A stretch of 64,000 nt of DNA from Octopus vulgaris (Eukaryota), in contig OX597833.1 of NCBI GenBank assembly GCA_951406725.2, positions 55,242,001 to 55,306,000 of the forward strand, given 5' to 3'. Under the pieces are notes generated by a model, which saw only the letters and a program-made list of their open reading frames with translations, made no database searches and was not told the DNA's origin. Below are positions 11,830-24,208 of the stretch, one piece after another; position 1 is the first letter of the stretch, and every line of letters begins with the position of its first letter. A program made the position numbers and the translations under genes.

Positions 11830-11990
11830 GTCTCTAGCGCATGTGCATGAGTGAACTTCCTTAGGCTTTTCCAGAAGGTTCCAGCCCCGCACACACACAC
11901 TGAAGAATGATGTTGCGTGTGCGCACACTGGAAAATGACGTCACTACACATTTGACAGGGTAAATCCAAAAGCTGAAGGGTTAACGAGTC
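11830..11990. promoter_or_regulatory. Candidate enhancer or alternative promoter
   Basis: Locally CpG-richer non-repetitive patch with a full CRE palindrome TGACGTCA (11936-11943) and two NRF1-like near matches (AGCGCATGTGCA 11836-11847, TGCGTGTGCGCA 11914-11925). Confidence 0.25.
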
Positions 11991-12223
11991 GCAAAGTTGC
12001 TGTCTTTCCTTCCTGCACCAATTCTCACGGTTCGCATTCTAAGTGGTGCTACTCCACTTCACTTTAACTGGATGCGTGTAAAGTGGGGGCATGACAGAAA
12101 TGGAAGGGAAGGAGAGAAATAGAGATGGGGAGAGGGAGAGCTGGTTATATTTTTATCTCGGGGAAATATCCGAAAGATTATCACTAATATTAGCCCAACC
12201 TGAGTGCTCATGTACATGTATAT

Positions 12224-12224
<1 letters not shown>

Positions 12225-12261
<37 letters not shown>

Positions 12262-12415
12262 TTAACGTCCGTTTTCCATTCTAGTATGGGTTGGACGGTT
12301 CGTCCGGGGTCTGGTAAGCCATGGAGGCTGCACCAGGCTCCAGTCTGATCTGGCAGTGTTTCTACAGCTAGATGCCCTTCCTAATGCCAACCACTCTGTG
12401 AGTGTAGTGGGTATT
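12225..12415 (-). mobile_element. Family E (RTE 3'-end-related) short copy
   Basis: (CAT)n-TTTAACGTCCGTTTTCCAT...GATGCCCTTCCTAATGCCAACCACTC, shared with other family E copies. Confidence 0.85.
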
Positions 12416-13619
12416 TTTTTAAAATCCAAGTAGCACATATATATATTATGCATTTACTGTGTACAACTTGGTTTACATATTATTAGGGAAAATACGTTTT
12501 CAGTTTACTTTATAGTTTATTTATATATATATATATATATATAAATGAATGAATGTTTTTATATATAATGAACGTGATATATATATATATATATATGGTG
12601 GTGCCCCAGCATGGCCTCAGCTTGTGAGCTGAAACTAAATGCAATAAAAAAATATATAAATATATATATATATATATAATATATATAATATATAGGAGTG
12701 GCTGTGTGGTAAGTAGCTTGCTTGACAACCGATGCTGGTGTGTTTACGTTCAGTCTGTCAGACATCTTCGCAATTTCGGCTGATTAATCTTGAGATTGCT
12801 CCAATCTGGCCAGCCCGCCAAGGGAAATCTAAGCCAATCGCATTAGATTCCTTGGAAGAAAACCTCGAAAGTATACAACACAGTGACGGAAAACGGACGA
12901 TGTTACACGAAAAAAATACAAAAATACGTAAAAACAATAATGATAGCACGAATAAGAATACAAAATACGTAAAAACAGTAATAACAAAACCAGGACGTCA
13001 GGACAAGCGTCTTTCGACAGGACGAGTTAAGTATAGGGCTGGCTATATAAATAAGTAAAATAAATGCAAGCAAAAATTACTCTCTCTTGTGATTTTATAC
13101 TATGGAAGTTCACACACATGCACACACAAGCATATTGATGGTTGTTTTAGGGAAAATGCAGTAGTCTTTTGCTTTAGGAACGTAGAAATGAAAAATTGTA
13201 AAAGAAACCAAATGGAGGAATGGAAAAAGGGGCTCAACTTGTATCCTGAGTAAGAAGTACGAATAAATAACTGCTTAAAACTGTCAGTTATTAAACATCG
13301 TTGTTATAAGATATCCGTTTTTATTTCTCAACAGCATGTTGTAGTTAATTTTTGAAGGAAGCATCGTAGAAAATAAGACGTTTCTTATTAAAAAAGGAAA
13401 AAAAGGAAAAAAAGATATGAGTAAGATGCATTGAAGAATAATTCCAGATTAACAATTCATTTCGAATTTCTCTTTTGTTGTAAATTTTCAAATAATATTT
13501 TTGTTTACATTTCGAAATGAGTTGTCAGTTTGCATATTAGTTTTGATGTTTTTGTGTATGTGTGTATATTTTGTAGCGTAAGGAAATTGTATATTGGAAA
13601 GTAATGTTTGTTGTCACTT

Positions 13620-14139
13620 CAACACGACCGTTCCATACAAACTGCCATTACTACCATTTCTAACCTCAACAGGACGCCTCTTCTAGCTGGTTAGTGACGC
13701 AATCTACACTTGATATATATATATATATATGTATATGATTATTATATTAAAATTATGAATTCGGTTATCTACAAGATACCACCATGCTGAAAATAGCAGC
13801 CATGATCCAACTCTAAAACCACCTAAATTTTTACTCAACACAGAGAAAAAACAAAGACAGATGAAACTAGTAAAAATTTTCTCGCCGTGTTGATATATGG
13901 ACAATTTAGGTGGTTTTAGAGTTGGATCATGGCTGCTATTTTCAGCATGGTGGTATCTCGTAGTGGTATCCCTACATGGCCTTGCTTTTTGCTTTTTGAG
14001 CCAAAAAATTAACTTAACTTAACTTAACTATACCCTAATTCATAATTTTAATGTAATAATTATTACCTTTGAAGGTTATTTTTTTCCATGCTGACCACTT
14101 GATAAAATCGTTATTTTATTTTTAAATTAACGATCTTAT

Positions 14140-14142
<3 letters not shown>
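13620..14142. mobile_element. Repeat with a 61-bp near-perfect inverted repeat, probable Penelope-type terminal fragment
   Basis: 13769-13829 is the reverse complement of 13903-13963 (one mismatch); outer arms 13741-13761 and 14037-14057; (TA)n-associated; 13655-13713 resembles the reverse complement of 14337-14393. Confidence 0.55.
13967..14030 (+). mobile_element. CR1/L2-like LINE 3' UTR fragment inserted in the right arm of the inverted repeat
   Basis: CCCTACATGGCCTTGCTTTTTGCTTTTTGAGCCAAAAAATT(AACTT)n matches the reverse complement of 16419-16480. Confidence 0.8.
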
Positions 14143-14183
<41 letters not shown>

Positions 14184-14231
14184 TGCAAGCAGAGGAGCAA
14201 GCCTTTACTATCTTCTAGCGACTTGCCGGGA

Positions 14232-14280
14232 CCATCAGACAGGCTGGTTTCAGGCTATTTTTGCCCATCATCAGTGGTGG
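14232..14280 (-). ncRNA. Type I hammerhead motif inside a 40-bp hairpin
   Basis: CCACCA-CTGATGA-T-GGGC-aaaaata-GCCT-GAAA-CCAGCCTG-TC-TGATGG; core intact with a GUC triplet; enclosed by arms 14186-14225 and 14288-14327. Confidence 0.7.
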
Positions 14281-14504
14281 ACACTATCAAGTTGCTAGAA
14301 GATGGTAGGGGTTTGCTCCCTTGCTTGAAATATATATTGGGTGCAGATTGCATCGATAACCAGCCAGAGGTGTCCTCTCAGGGTTAAAAGTGGTGACAAA
14401 CATAACTTCCCAGTATAGTTGCTACTTTCAACTCTTTCACCGATTTTCTAATTAGCTACTTTGCTAATTGTATATTTGTACTATAAGGTTAGAATGAAAG
14501 AGTA

Positions 14505-14953
14505 TAGTGGGTGATTTTTACGTACCACTGCCACAGGGGCCAGAGGAGCTGGCATTGACCACGATTGGATGGTGCTTTTTATGTGCCACCAGCACAGAAG
14601 CCAGTCAAAGCGGCACTGGCATCGGCCACATTTGGATGGTGCTTTTTACATGCTACCGGCACGGGGCTCACAACTACAATTTCCATTTGACTTGATTTTG
14701 ATATTGTGGATGTTGATGTACTTGACTCAGTAGGTCTCTTCAAGCACGGCATGTTGTCCTACGATCCAAGGTACTTTTGAGTGGGCTGGTTATGTAACAC
14801 TGGTGTAGATTACAGCTGTGGACTCGCTTTATTTGCCGGGTCTTCTCAGTCACAGCATACCTCCAGAGGTCTCGATCTTTTGTCATTGCCTCTGTGAGGC
14901 CCAACGTTCAAAGGTCATGCTTCACTACCTCATCCCATGTCTTCCCTGGGTCT
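14505..14953 (-). mobile_element. RTE-clade LINE 3' end (ORF C-terminus plus family E 3' UTR)
   Basis: Minus strand ~14826-14953 gives RP(fs)KTWDEVVKHDL*TLGLTEAMTKDRDLWRYAVTEKTRQIK, typical of the RTE GRPRKTW...DR..WR terminus; followed by GTGCCGGTGGCAC-type repeats. Confidence 0.85.
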
Positions 14954-16418
14954 TCTAAAAATGTACTTTTAATAACATTTTTACTGAGTAGATTGTGAAT
15001 CGGTTGATATAATGTTAAAAAATAATAACATATTTATTGCAAATATACAAATGAGAAATTTATTTCATTCAATTTTATTTTAAGATAATAAATTTGTTTC
15101 GTTTGAAAAATGATATTCATTTCATCATTTTGTATATAAGTATCAAGAAATTTGATAAAAGTTAAATAGTAATTATTATATATAAGTCACTTTTCACCAA
15201 TATTACACATGGTGAACAAAAGTATAGTTCCAAAGCTACTTGCCATATGATGAGGAGGACTTGTGTGTGTGTGTAATAATTTATATATTTACTCTCTAGA
15301 GACATATGCTGTAAATAAAATTGCATTTTATTGTACATTTATGAGTATACATATAAATGTATACACATGTAATTTGTGAGTATGTGTGTAGATAAATATA
15401 TATATTGGTTTGGTGATGCAAACAAGGGAAATAGAACTCGAAAACATTAATGTACATATTTTTTATTATTTTATTAATATTTAGCTGAACCAACAGAGTG
15501 ACTCAAGGGCCGAGAGTGTCGTACATTAGTACTTACCTCTTTGATAAGTACTAGCACTTGAAATTCTCGGCCCTTGAGTGTCTGTGTTCCTTCTGCTAAA
15601 TTTTAATGCAAATGTGTGTATATATGTGTGTGTGTGTGTGTATGTATGTGTTTAATTATGGATGCTCTGTGGAATTTAGAGCTAGCACTGTAAGTACAGA
15701 CATCCATATATGAATACGCCTACACAAAATATTGAATCAGAAATAGAAGAAAATATGATATGTTTGTGTGTGTTTGTATGTATGAACTTGTGCACACACA
15801 GAAACATATGTATCTGTGTTTATGTAATAAGTATGGTTATTTAAAATAGTAATTTCAGTTATATATATTTCAGTTGTATGAATGAAGTACCTACTTATTG
15901 TGTTCTATAGTGTAAGTAGCTGAGTATTCCAAAGACATTTGTACCAGTAATATAATCCTGAGAGCAGACACATTATGATGGCAATGTATAAGAAAGCTGG
16001 TTTTTTGGAATCAAAATGTGACAGGCCACCAATCATGCTCCCATGGTGTTCCTGGCTATGGCCATGTGGTGAAGAATGAAGAATGGTGAAGAAGTTCTCT
16101 TGCCAATCACATGGGTTAAGGTTCAGTTCTGTTGAGTGGCACCTTGAGGTAGTGCCTTCTACTATAACCACTGACTGACCAAAGCTTTAGAAACAGATTT
16201 GGTAGAATGGAAATTGAAAGAGGGCCATCCATCCATCCATCCATCTATCCATTCATACATTTGCATGTGAAAACATACACACGAGTGCTCGCTTGACATC
16301 ATAAAGAAGAACTGAGAATTATACATGTTTGAAATTTGTTTTTTTTTTTACAGTATTCTTCACTTAACATTCACATCAGATTTTAGTCTTGATATGTGTT
16401 TCTGCATGTAGATATATG

Positions 16419-16616
16419 TTAGTTAGTGAGTTAGTTAGTTAATTTTTGGCTCAAAAAGCAAAAAGCAAGGCCATGTAGGGGGACATGGAGTTATGTACAG
16501 GGTGGTGTTCATGTAAAGAGTTCAGGCCACATGTGGTCAAGGGAGACTTTGAACCGAGCGGTCTTCAGCATCTTCACCATCTCGTCCGGCAGCTTATTCC
16601 ACGGATCCACAACCCG
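16419..16616 (-). mobile_element. CR1/L2-clade LINE 3' end
   Basis: RVVDPWNKLPDEMVKMLKTARFKVSLDHMWPELFT* matches the RVVxxWNxLP...FKxxLD CR1 terminus; short UTR and (CTAA)n tail. Confidence 0.85.
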
Positions 16617-16641
16617 TATGTGTGTATGTATGTAGATATAT

Positions 16642-16703
<62 letters not shown>

Positions 16704-17383
16704 GTGTGTGTGTGTGTGTGTGTGTAGATAGATAGGTGTGTATGTACACGCATTCACACTCACACACAGATATATTTACATAATGTTTGTGTGTGCTTGT
16801 GTCTCCTTGTTTTGACGTCTTCTGATTGTTGTAAATGATTTTCATTCCTTTGCAGTATCCTGGGGAAACGGTTAAGGCTTGGTGACAGGAAGTGCATCTG
16901 GCTGTAGGAAATTGACTTCAATAAACTCTCTGTCTCACTGTACAGCGCTCTGTGCAGGTGTCTTTCTGCCATATCTCCAGATCAACCAAAGCCTTTTGAG
17001 TGGGTTTCATAGGCAAATATTGAAAGAAGGCCATCATATCTGCATATGTTCAAATTTGTGTTGATGTCTGAAGTTGTTTGTTTGATAAATGGCAGTGGCT
17101 AAGGCTGTGGTCAGTCCTGTCATCTTCTATCTTTTGCTTGTTTCAGCCATTAGACTGTGGCCTTGCTAGAGCACCACGTCAAAGCAGTTTGCCTCCAAAT
17201 AAATCAACCCCAGTAGTTATTTCTATTTAAGCCTGGTATTTATTCTATTGGTCTTTGCCAAACCACTAAGTCATGCAGATGTAAATAAACCAACACCACT
17301 TATCAAGCACTGGATCTTTCTTTCTGCCACAGTCTTTTGCCCTCAAAGCACTGTGGAATGATGTTTCCCTTTCTTGAAAAATA

Positions 17384-17550
17384 GGCGCAGGAATGGCTGT
17401 GTGGTAAGTAGCTTGCTTACCAACCACATGGTTCCGGGTTCAGTCCCACTGCGTGGCATCTTGGGCAGGTGTCTTCTACTATAGCCCCGGGCCGACCAAT
17501 GCCTTGTGAGTGGATTTGGTAGACGGAAACTGAAAAAGAAGCCCGTCATA

Positions 17551-17596
<46 letters not shown>

Positions 17597-17815
17597 TGTG
17601 TGTGTTTGTGTGTCTGTGTTTGTCCCCCTAGCATTGCTTGACAACCGATGCTGGTGTGTTTACGTCCCCGTCACTTAGCGGTTCGGCAAAAGAGACCGAT
17701 AGAATAAGTACTGGGCTTACAAAAGAATAAGTCCCGGGGTCGAGTTGCTCGATTAAAAGCAGTGCTCCAGCATGGCCGCAGTCAAATGACTGAAACAAGT
17801 AAAGGAGTAAGAGTA
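17384..17815 (+). mobile_element. SINE family B, full length
   Basis: Same head, CORE-like segment, internal (TA)n and tail as 5235-5616. Confidence 0.9.
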
Positions 17816-18842
17816 AGGGTTGGCATTAGAGTATAGTAGTGAAATGCACTATAATTTAGTGTATTTCGTTTTTACATTGACCGAAACAATAGACTGTGCT
17901 ATATTTTTTTCCCATAAAGTACTAGATGCATACATTAGTATACTATGCTGCTTAGTGATACAGCAGTAGAGTATGGCGTGGTGTATTTCATTGTATGTCT
18001 TTTAGTAATTATAATATATTTCTTTAAGAATCATCTCATCGCAGACAGCTTCTTCAATTGTTGGCAAAACTTAGCACGAACGTAATTGTCATAATGTTAT
18101 TTATTCGGGAGAAACAGATGGAGAAGCGGCTGGATGGAGGGAAACGAAAAGAGACATAGAGAGACAGAGAGAAAGAGTGTGTGTGTGTATGTGTGTGTGT
18201 GCTAAACTAATTCATTTATTTGATATAGTTCCAATTATATAAATCCCCACAGACTCATCTACTTAGTGTCCTCAAGTGTTCGGTTGTTAGTAAAGCAAAT
18301 CGCATTTGGTCTGTTAATTCTTGTTCCAGGAGCAACTCGCGTTGTTACTCTTGTATCCTATTTACTCGGTGGAACAAAAACAAAAACAAACAAAAAATAA
18401 TAATAATAATACTAATAATAATATTTAGTTTAGATTCTCTTTAGTTAGAGCTGGCATGACAGAAAACCATATTCTTCTACTATACATAGCCCTAACGATG
18501 TTTGGAATATCTCGTTTGAAATTCAATGAGTATTACTGTTTCTCTGATAGAATCCATACATTATCATTAAATGGAAGTTTTACATTTTTAATGGTGCCAC
18601 TGCATGCTGCAATAATTGGTGATTTCATAATAATTTCTGGATACCCATTCCTTGATTCAGTGATGTGAAATTTTATGTCCATTGCTTAACATTTTTAAAT
18701 TGCTTCTCTTTAATTTTCCCCTTCATATCTTTTCCATAACTCATTATTCTTTCATTACTCCATGCAGACTTTATCTCTCTCCAAAAGTGTTTCTTAGTCA
18801 TCTATATTAATTAAATAGGCTGTTGGTGGGGAATGATATACT

Positions 18843-19222
<380 letters not shown>

Positions 19223-20071
19223 TGCATATTAACTTCTAGAGTTGGTTTTTTTTTTCTCTTTTATCTCGTATTTCCAAAGAAATAAAAGGAAGATAAAAGT
19301 TATCGATGTAAAACGTTTTAAAAATGAAAGCCAAAAACATTTATTTATTATAAGTAATATTTTTCTGTCTTATCTGAATGCGACGATACTAAATGATTTA
19401 TATGTGAACCTCTTAGATGAATAGATGAAGCATGGACTTGAGATTTTATTTATTTATTTATGTATTTATTTTGTTTTACATTTGGCAATCCCAAGTTCCA
19501 TACCCATGTCAGTAGCTATTGTTATCGGAAGAGACAGTGTTTTAAGATAAATAGTATTCAAAGTATTTATGTAACGCTACTGTTGCTCTTCTGACAGAAT
19601 CAATAGAATAACATGCAAAATGTCTTACACTATTTCCTAACAATCCTTTTACATTCTGAATTGAAATCTTGCTGCGTTTGGCGTCCTTTGGTGGAAAGGA
19701 TGCTCTCGGTTATCAGAGTGATGTATTGGGGTGTCCGAAAAGTTTGTGCCAATTATATGAATATAATTATATGAATATAATCAAAATTATATTTTGATAG
19801 CAAAATTGCTATGATACAAATCGTGTCTGCAAACAAGTTGACCGAGTAAAAGTCAAACAGTCCCCAAATTAGTTGGTACTGGATAATAAGAGACTGTGTG
19901 TGTATTTATTGATGTCTATAATGTAGGCAGTTGAATTGATGGAGGCCCATGATATATGTATGTGAATGTGTGTGTATGTGTGTAGAATAAAACAGAAACA
20001 ACCAAATGAAATTCTGAGTGTTGCTACAGCTGTTTCGTTAGAAGTTTTTATTTTCATGGAAGCATAATATA

Positions 20072-20636
20072 TTGGGTTGTCCGGAAAGTTCGTGCCGATT
20101 TTTAAAAGAAAGAAAAGGGTCAATAAATACTTGCCATTACATTTTTAATCAACCAAATATGAACCATTTGTTGCACAATGCGTCTCCATCTTTCCTTTAA
20201 CTTGAAAATACCCTCTTCCCAGAATTGAGGTGGTTTCATGGCAAAGAATTCATCAAGGTATCTTTTTACGTCATCCAAGGAATTGAAATTTTTACAATTA
20301 AGACTATTCTGCAGAGACCTGAATAAATGGAAATCCGAAGGAGCAATATCTGGTGAATATGGAGGCTGGGGTAACGCATCCCAGCCGAGCTGCAGCAATT
20401 TTTGTCTGGTTCCCAAGGCATCAAGTGCCGAAAATGAACTTTCTTATCTTCCATTTTAATGGGTTACAAAATTAATATAGGTTATAGGAACATAAACCTT
20501 CTTCCACGAAAAGATAGCTTAAACTGTGCTCTAAATGGAGGTGTAGTCAAATCCTATTTTATGGACTCAACCATGGTCTAAAATAAGTCGAAAGGTAAGC
20601 TACTATAAATTGACACAAACTTTCCGGACAACCCTA
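20072..20636 (-). mobile_element. Internally deleted mariner element (mellifera-like) with transposase pseudogene
   Basis: 30-bp TIRs TTGGGTTGTCCGGAAAGTTCGTGCCGATTT / reverse complement TAGGGTTGTCCGGAAAGTTTGTGTCAATTT with TA flanks; N-terminus MEDKKVHFRHLM (from 20454) abuts C-terminal LGWDALPQPPYSPDIAPSDFHLFRSLQNSL (YSPDLAP motif). Confidence 0.93.
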
Positions 20637-21277
20637 TATTTAATCCATGAACCAGTTTTAACACCGCCACCTTTGATTTCACTGTGAATTTAATGGTACC
20701 CTCTCTGTCACAAACATTCAGCCCACCCACCCTTTCTATCTATCTTTCTCTATCTGGTTTCAAGATGACTGACCCCTGCTCACCAGTTATGGAAGCTCTG
20801 TGAAAAGGTCAAGAGCACCTCCTTTCCTCATTTGATTAAAACGGTTAAACAAACAGGAATAACAGCAGTTGTTGTATTTAGGAATGGTCATGTTGCCAGT
20901 TTAACCAATAAAAACACACGCACTATATATTTGGTGTTACTTTGCTTCAGCATTATTCATTTTTTACATTAATCTTAATCATATTTCGGCCAGAGTTCTT
21001 TCGTCACACTTCTGTGACCTCATCAGTGGTCCTTTGCTTTCTTCTTTCTTATTTGTGTGTCACTCCTTACGAACGGTCAGTCATTTTGTATTTTGTATGT
21101 CTTTATTTGCGCATGAGTATACCCCTGTGTGTCTATGTTTAGCTAGTGTGTGTGTGTGTGTGGTGGGGGAAGCGCCTGTAATATTTGTATCTCCTGTTTA
21201 TACATGTGTAGAGGGTACCATTAAATTCACAGTGAAATCAAAGGTGGCAGTGTTAAGACTGGTTCATGGATTAAATA
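20637..21277 (-). mobile_element. Hammerhead-bearing repeat bounded by 68-bp inverted repeats, probable Penelope-type
   Basis: 20637-20704 versus 21210-21277 inverted with two mismatches; hammerhead at 20988-21032. Confidence 0.65.
20988..21032 (-). ncRNA. Type I hammerhead motif with intact core
   Basis: GGACCA-CTGATGA-G-GTCAC-agaagt-GTGAC-GAAA-GAAC-TC-TGGCC; 5-bp stem II, very short stem III, stem I CCA/TGG. Confidence 0.75.
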
Positions 21278-21329
21278 CATCACCCCAATAACTGAGAGTT
21301 TTCTTTCCACTAAAAGTCTAAACAAATAT

Positions 21330-21743
21330 TCGGCCGTTGCCAGCGCCGCCCCGACTGGCCTCCGTGCCGGTGGCATGTAAAAAGCATCATCCGATTGTGG
21401 CTGTTGCCAGCCTCGTCTCGCCTCTGTGCCGGTGGCACGTAAAAAGCACCATCCGATTGTGGCTGTTTGCCAGCCAGCTCTGGCCCCTGTGCCGGTGGCA
21501 CGTAAAAAGCACCATCCGATCGTGGCCGTTTGCCAACCAGCTCTGGCCCCTGTGCTGGTGGCACGTAAAAAGCACCCACTACACTCATGGAGTGGTTGGC
21601 GTTAAGAAGGGCATCCAGCCGTAGAAACACTGCCAGATCAGACTGGGCCTGGTGCAGCCTTCTGGCTTCCCAGATCCCAGTTGAACCATCTAACCCATGC
21701 TAGCATGGAAAGCGGACGTTAAACAATGATGATGATGATGATG
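21330..21743 (+). mobile_element. Family E with internal ~60-bp tandem units and (GAT)n tail
   Basis: Four GTGCCGGTGGCACGTAAAAAGCACC-type units, then GTTGGCGTTAAGAAGGGCATCCAGCCGTAGAAAC...CGGACGTTAAACAATGATGATG. Confidence 0.9.
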
Positions 21744-22817
21744 AATAAAAGCAGTGTTTTACTGGTATTCCCTTTTATTTTCTATTCCAGTGAGAGGGAA
21801 GGCAAAATTAATCTTAGTGTGATTTGAACTCGACACCAGGCATTGGTTTTGTAGCATTGCTCAGTTTCCAAAAATAACAACCAGAAGTTGTTAATGACTC
21901 CCATTCTGCATCTGCATGTGTTTGTGGAATGCACGTGTGTGCAACAGGTGTCACAGGACATGTTTAGTAAACAATACACTTCATAATCTCTTGCTTTCCT
22001 CTTTTACTTCCTTCCATTAAGTATCTCTTAGATGTTTCCAATTGTTTTCACTACCAACCAGATAAACTGCAAATAATAATAATGACAGGAATGTTTTAAG
22101 CACTTGGAAGACTATCTGAAAGCTTGTGGATACCTAAGGTTACTGTAGTAAACCGCAATCCACATTAATTCTACCAGGAATAAGAAGGGGCCTAAGTCAT
22201 ATTATCAATAATAATAATAATCCTTTTTTACTATAGACACAAGGCCTCAAATGAAAGCCTTGTCCAGCAGCACTGGCAAGGACCTCAACTGAATTTTTTT
22301 CATGTGCCAGTAAGGCAACGCCAGTAACGATCACGCTCGAATGATGCTTTTTATGTGCCACTGGCACAGAAGCCAGTTTGCTGCTCTGGCAACGATCTCG
22401 CTTAATAATAGTAATAATAATAATAATAATAGTAATATTAATAGTGTAGTAGTAGTAGTAGTAAATTATAATTAATAATTTATAATGATGATGATAATAA
22501 TTAATAATGTTTACATTATTTGACAGTAATTTCTTTTTCCTTTTGGAAAACAGCTTTTAAGCAATGTAAATATATTCGGAATATTTACCCTAGAATTAAA
22601 ATGTGTCATTTGTTTTTATTGAAAACAGAATAAAACAATATTCTGTCTGTGTATAATTTTATTTTCATTTTAAAAAACTTGGGAAAAAAGAGAGCTCTGG
22701 AAATTGCAAATGTTTGTAGATATAACAGGGAAAATACAATTATAAAAAAATTAAGACATTAAAATCATTCTATAAATTATAAAATTTCTCTCCTTTTACG
22801 TGGTTTATTAATCTACG

Positions 22818-22874
<57 letters not shown>

Positions 22875-23657
22875 TTTTCCTTTAAATATATTTTTATTCT
22901 TCAATTACAAATATATGGTGTGAATGGCTTTTAAAAATTTGCGAATAATGTGTTTTTAATTTTTTTATTTTAAATTCAAATTTTTTTTGTTTTGAATAGT
23001 GTAAAATATTGTGCATTTTTCTGTATTTTTTTTTTTTTTTCATTAAAGTAGATTCCAGACATTAAAAGAAAGAAAAAGTTTGTTATATATAAAGTAAAGA
23101 AAAATAGATTTGTAAACACTTAACAGAAAATTGTATTTTCCACAACTGAAATTTTCTAAATGAATTTTAGGGTTTCTCTGCTCTCTATTAAGTTCACATT
23201 TTTTAAAACTTAATTTATTTTAGAAAAATGTAAAATGGGCATTGCTGGCATTCCTTCCTCTGGAAGATGTCCTTGTAAGGCATTAAATATTCAATGTCTT
23301 GCGCTGTTTTTGTTGGTCACAAAACCCTAGCCTGTTAAAATATATATAATATTTATAGCATATCGTTATAAGTTATTGAAACATTACGCCATATCTGTTC
23401 CAACGTTGACCATGGTAACAGAACAAATTTGAGAGGAAGCCTATCAAAAATATTACATTATGTATGTATATATATACATACACACACACACACACACATT
23501 TGCACCAAAACATTCTGAAGTCAAATTTATGTTAAACAAGTTTTTTTTTGCACTTCTTCTTTCTCATATATTTACATTGCCATTACTTTCAAGATGCACT
23601 TTATTATTATTATTATTATCATTATCATCATCATCATCATCATCGTCAACATCATCA

Positions 23658-23866
23658 GGGTAGCGAGCTGGCAGAATCATTAGTACACTGGTTAAAATGC
23701 TTAGCAGTATTATGTCTGTCTTTACATTCTGAGTTCAAATTCTACCGAGGTCAACTTTACCTCTCATCCGTTTGTGGGTTGATAAATTAAGTACAAGTGA
23801 AGCACTGTGATTGATGTAATTGACTCTCCCTGTCCCACAAATTTCAGGCCTTGTGCCTTTCGGAGA

Positions 23867-23900
<34 letters not shown>
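23658..23900 (+). mobile_element. SINE family A variant with alternative tail and (ATT)n end
   Basis: Family A head and core, tail CACAAATTTCAGGCCTTGTGCC...GAAAGT(ATT)n. Confidence 0.8.
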
Positions 23901-24208
23901 TTCCACCAAGGTCAGTTTTTGCCTTTCATCTTTCCAGGGTCAATTAAATAAGTACCAGTTATACACTAGGGTCAATGTAATCGAATTAATCCCCTCCCAA
24001 GCTGCTCTTGTGGTAAAAGTTTGAGCAAAGAGGAGAATGAAGACCCCTCTTGACCCTGTACTACCCTGCCACCTCCATTACCTCAAAAGCAGCATTGACA
24101 TCTTGCAACAACAAATAACATGCCAACACAGACAGCACTTGGGTACTCATGTTGTGCCTCGGCACTTCTGATTTGTGGAGTTAATAATTAGAGTGCTACT
24201 ATAATGTG

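Noticed and set aside
12750-13060. Possible hammerhead on minus strand (GGCTG...CAGCCGAAA) and 108-aa ORF
   Set aside because: No CUGANGA box before the stem and no protein motif; probably an unclassified repeat fragment
21330-21580. CRISPR-like regularly spaced repeats in family E
   Set aside because: Intervening sequences are themselves repeated, context is eukaryotic retroelement UTR, no cas genes
23224-23274. Possible 51-bp exon (AG...GTAAGG, KNVKWALLAFLPLEDVL)
   Set aside because: Phase 0-0 is incompatible with the phase-2 junction between the FHA exons; no homology recognised
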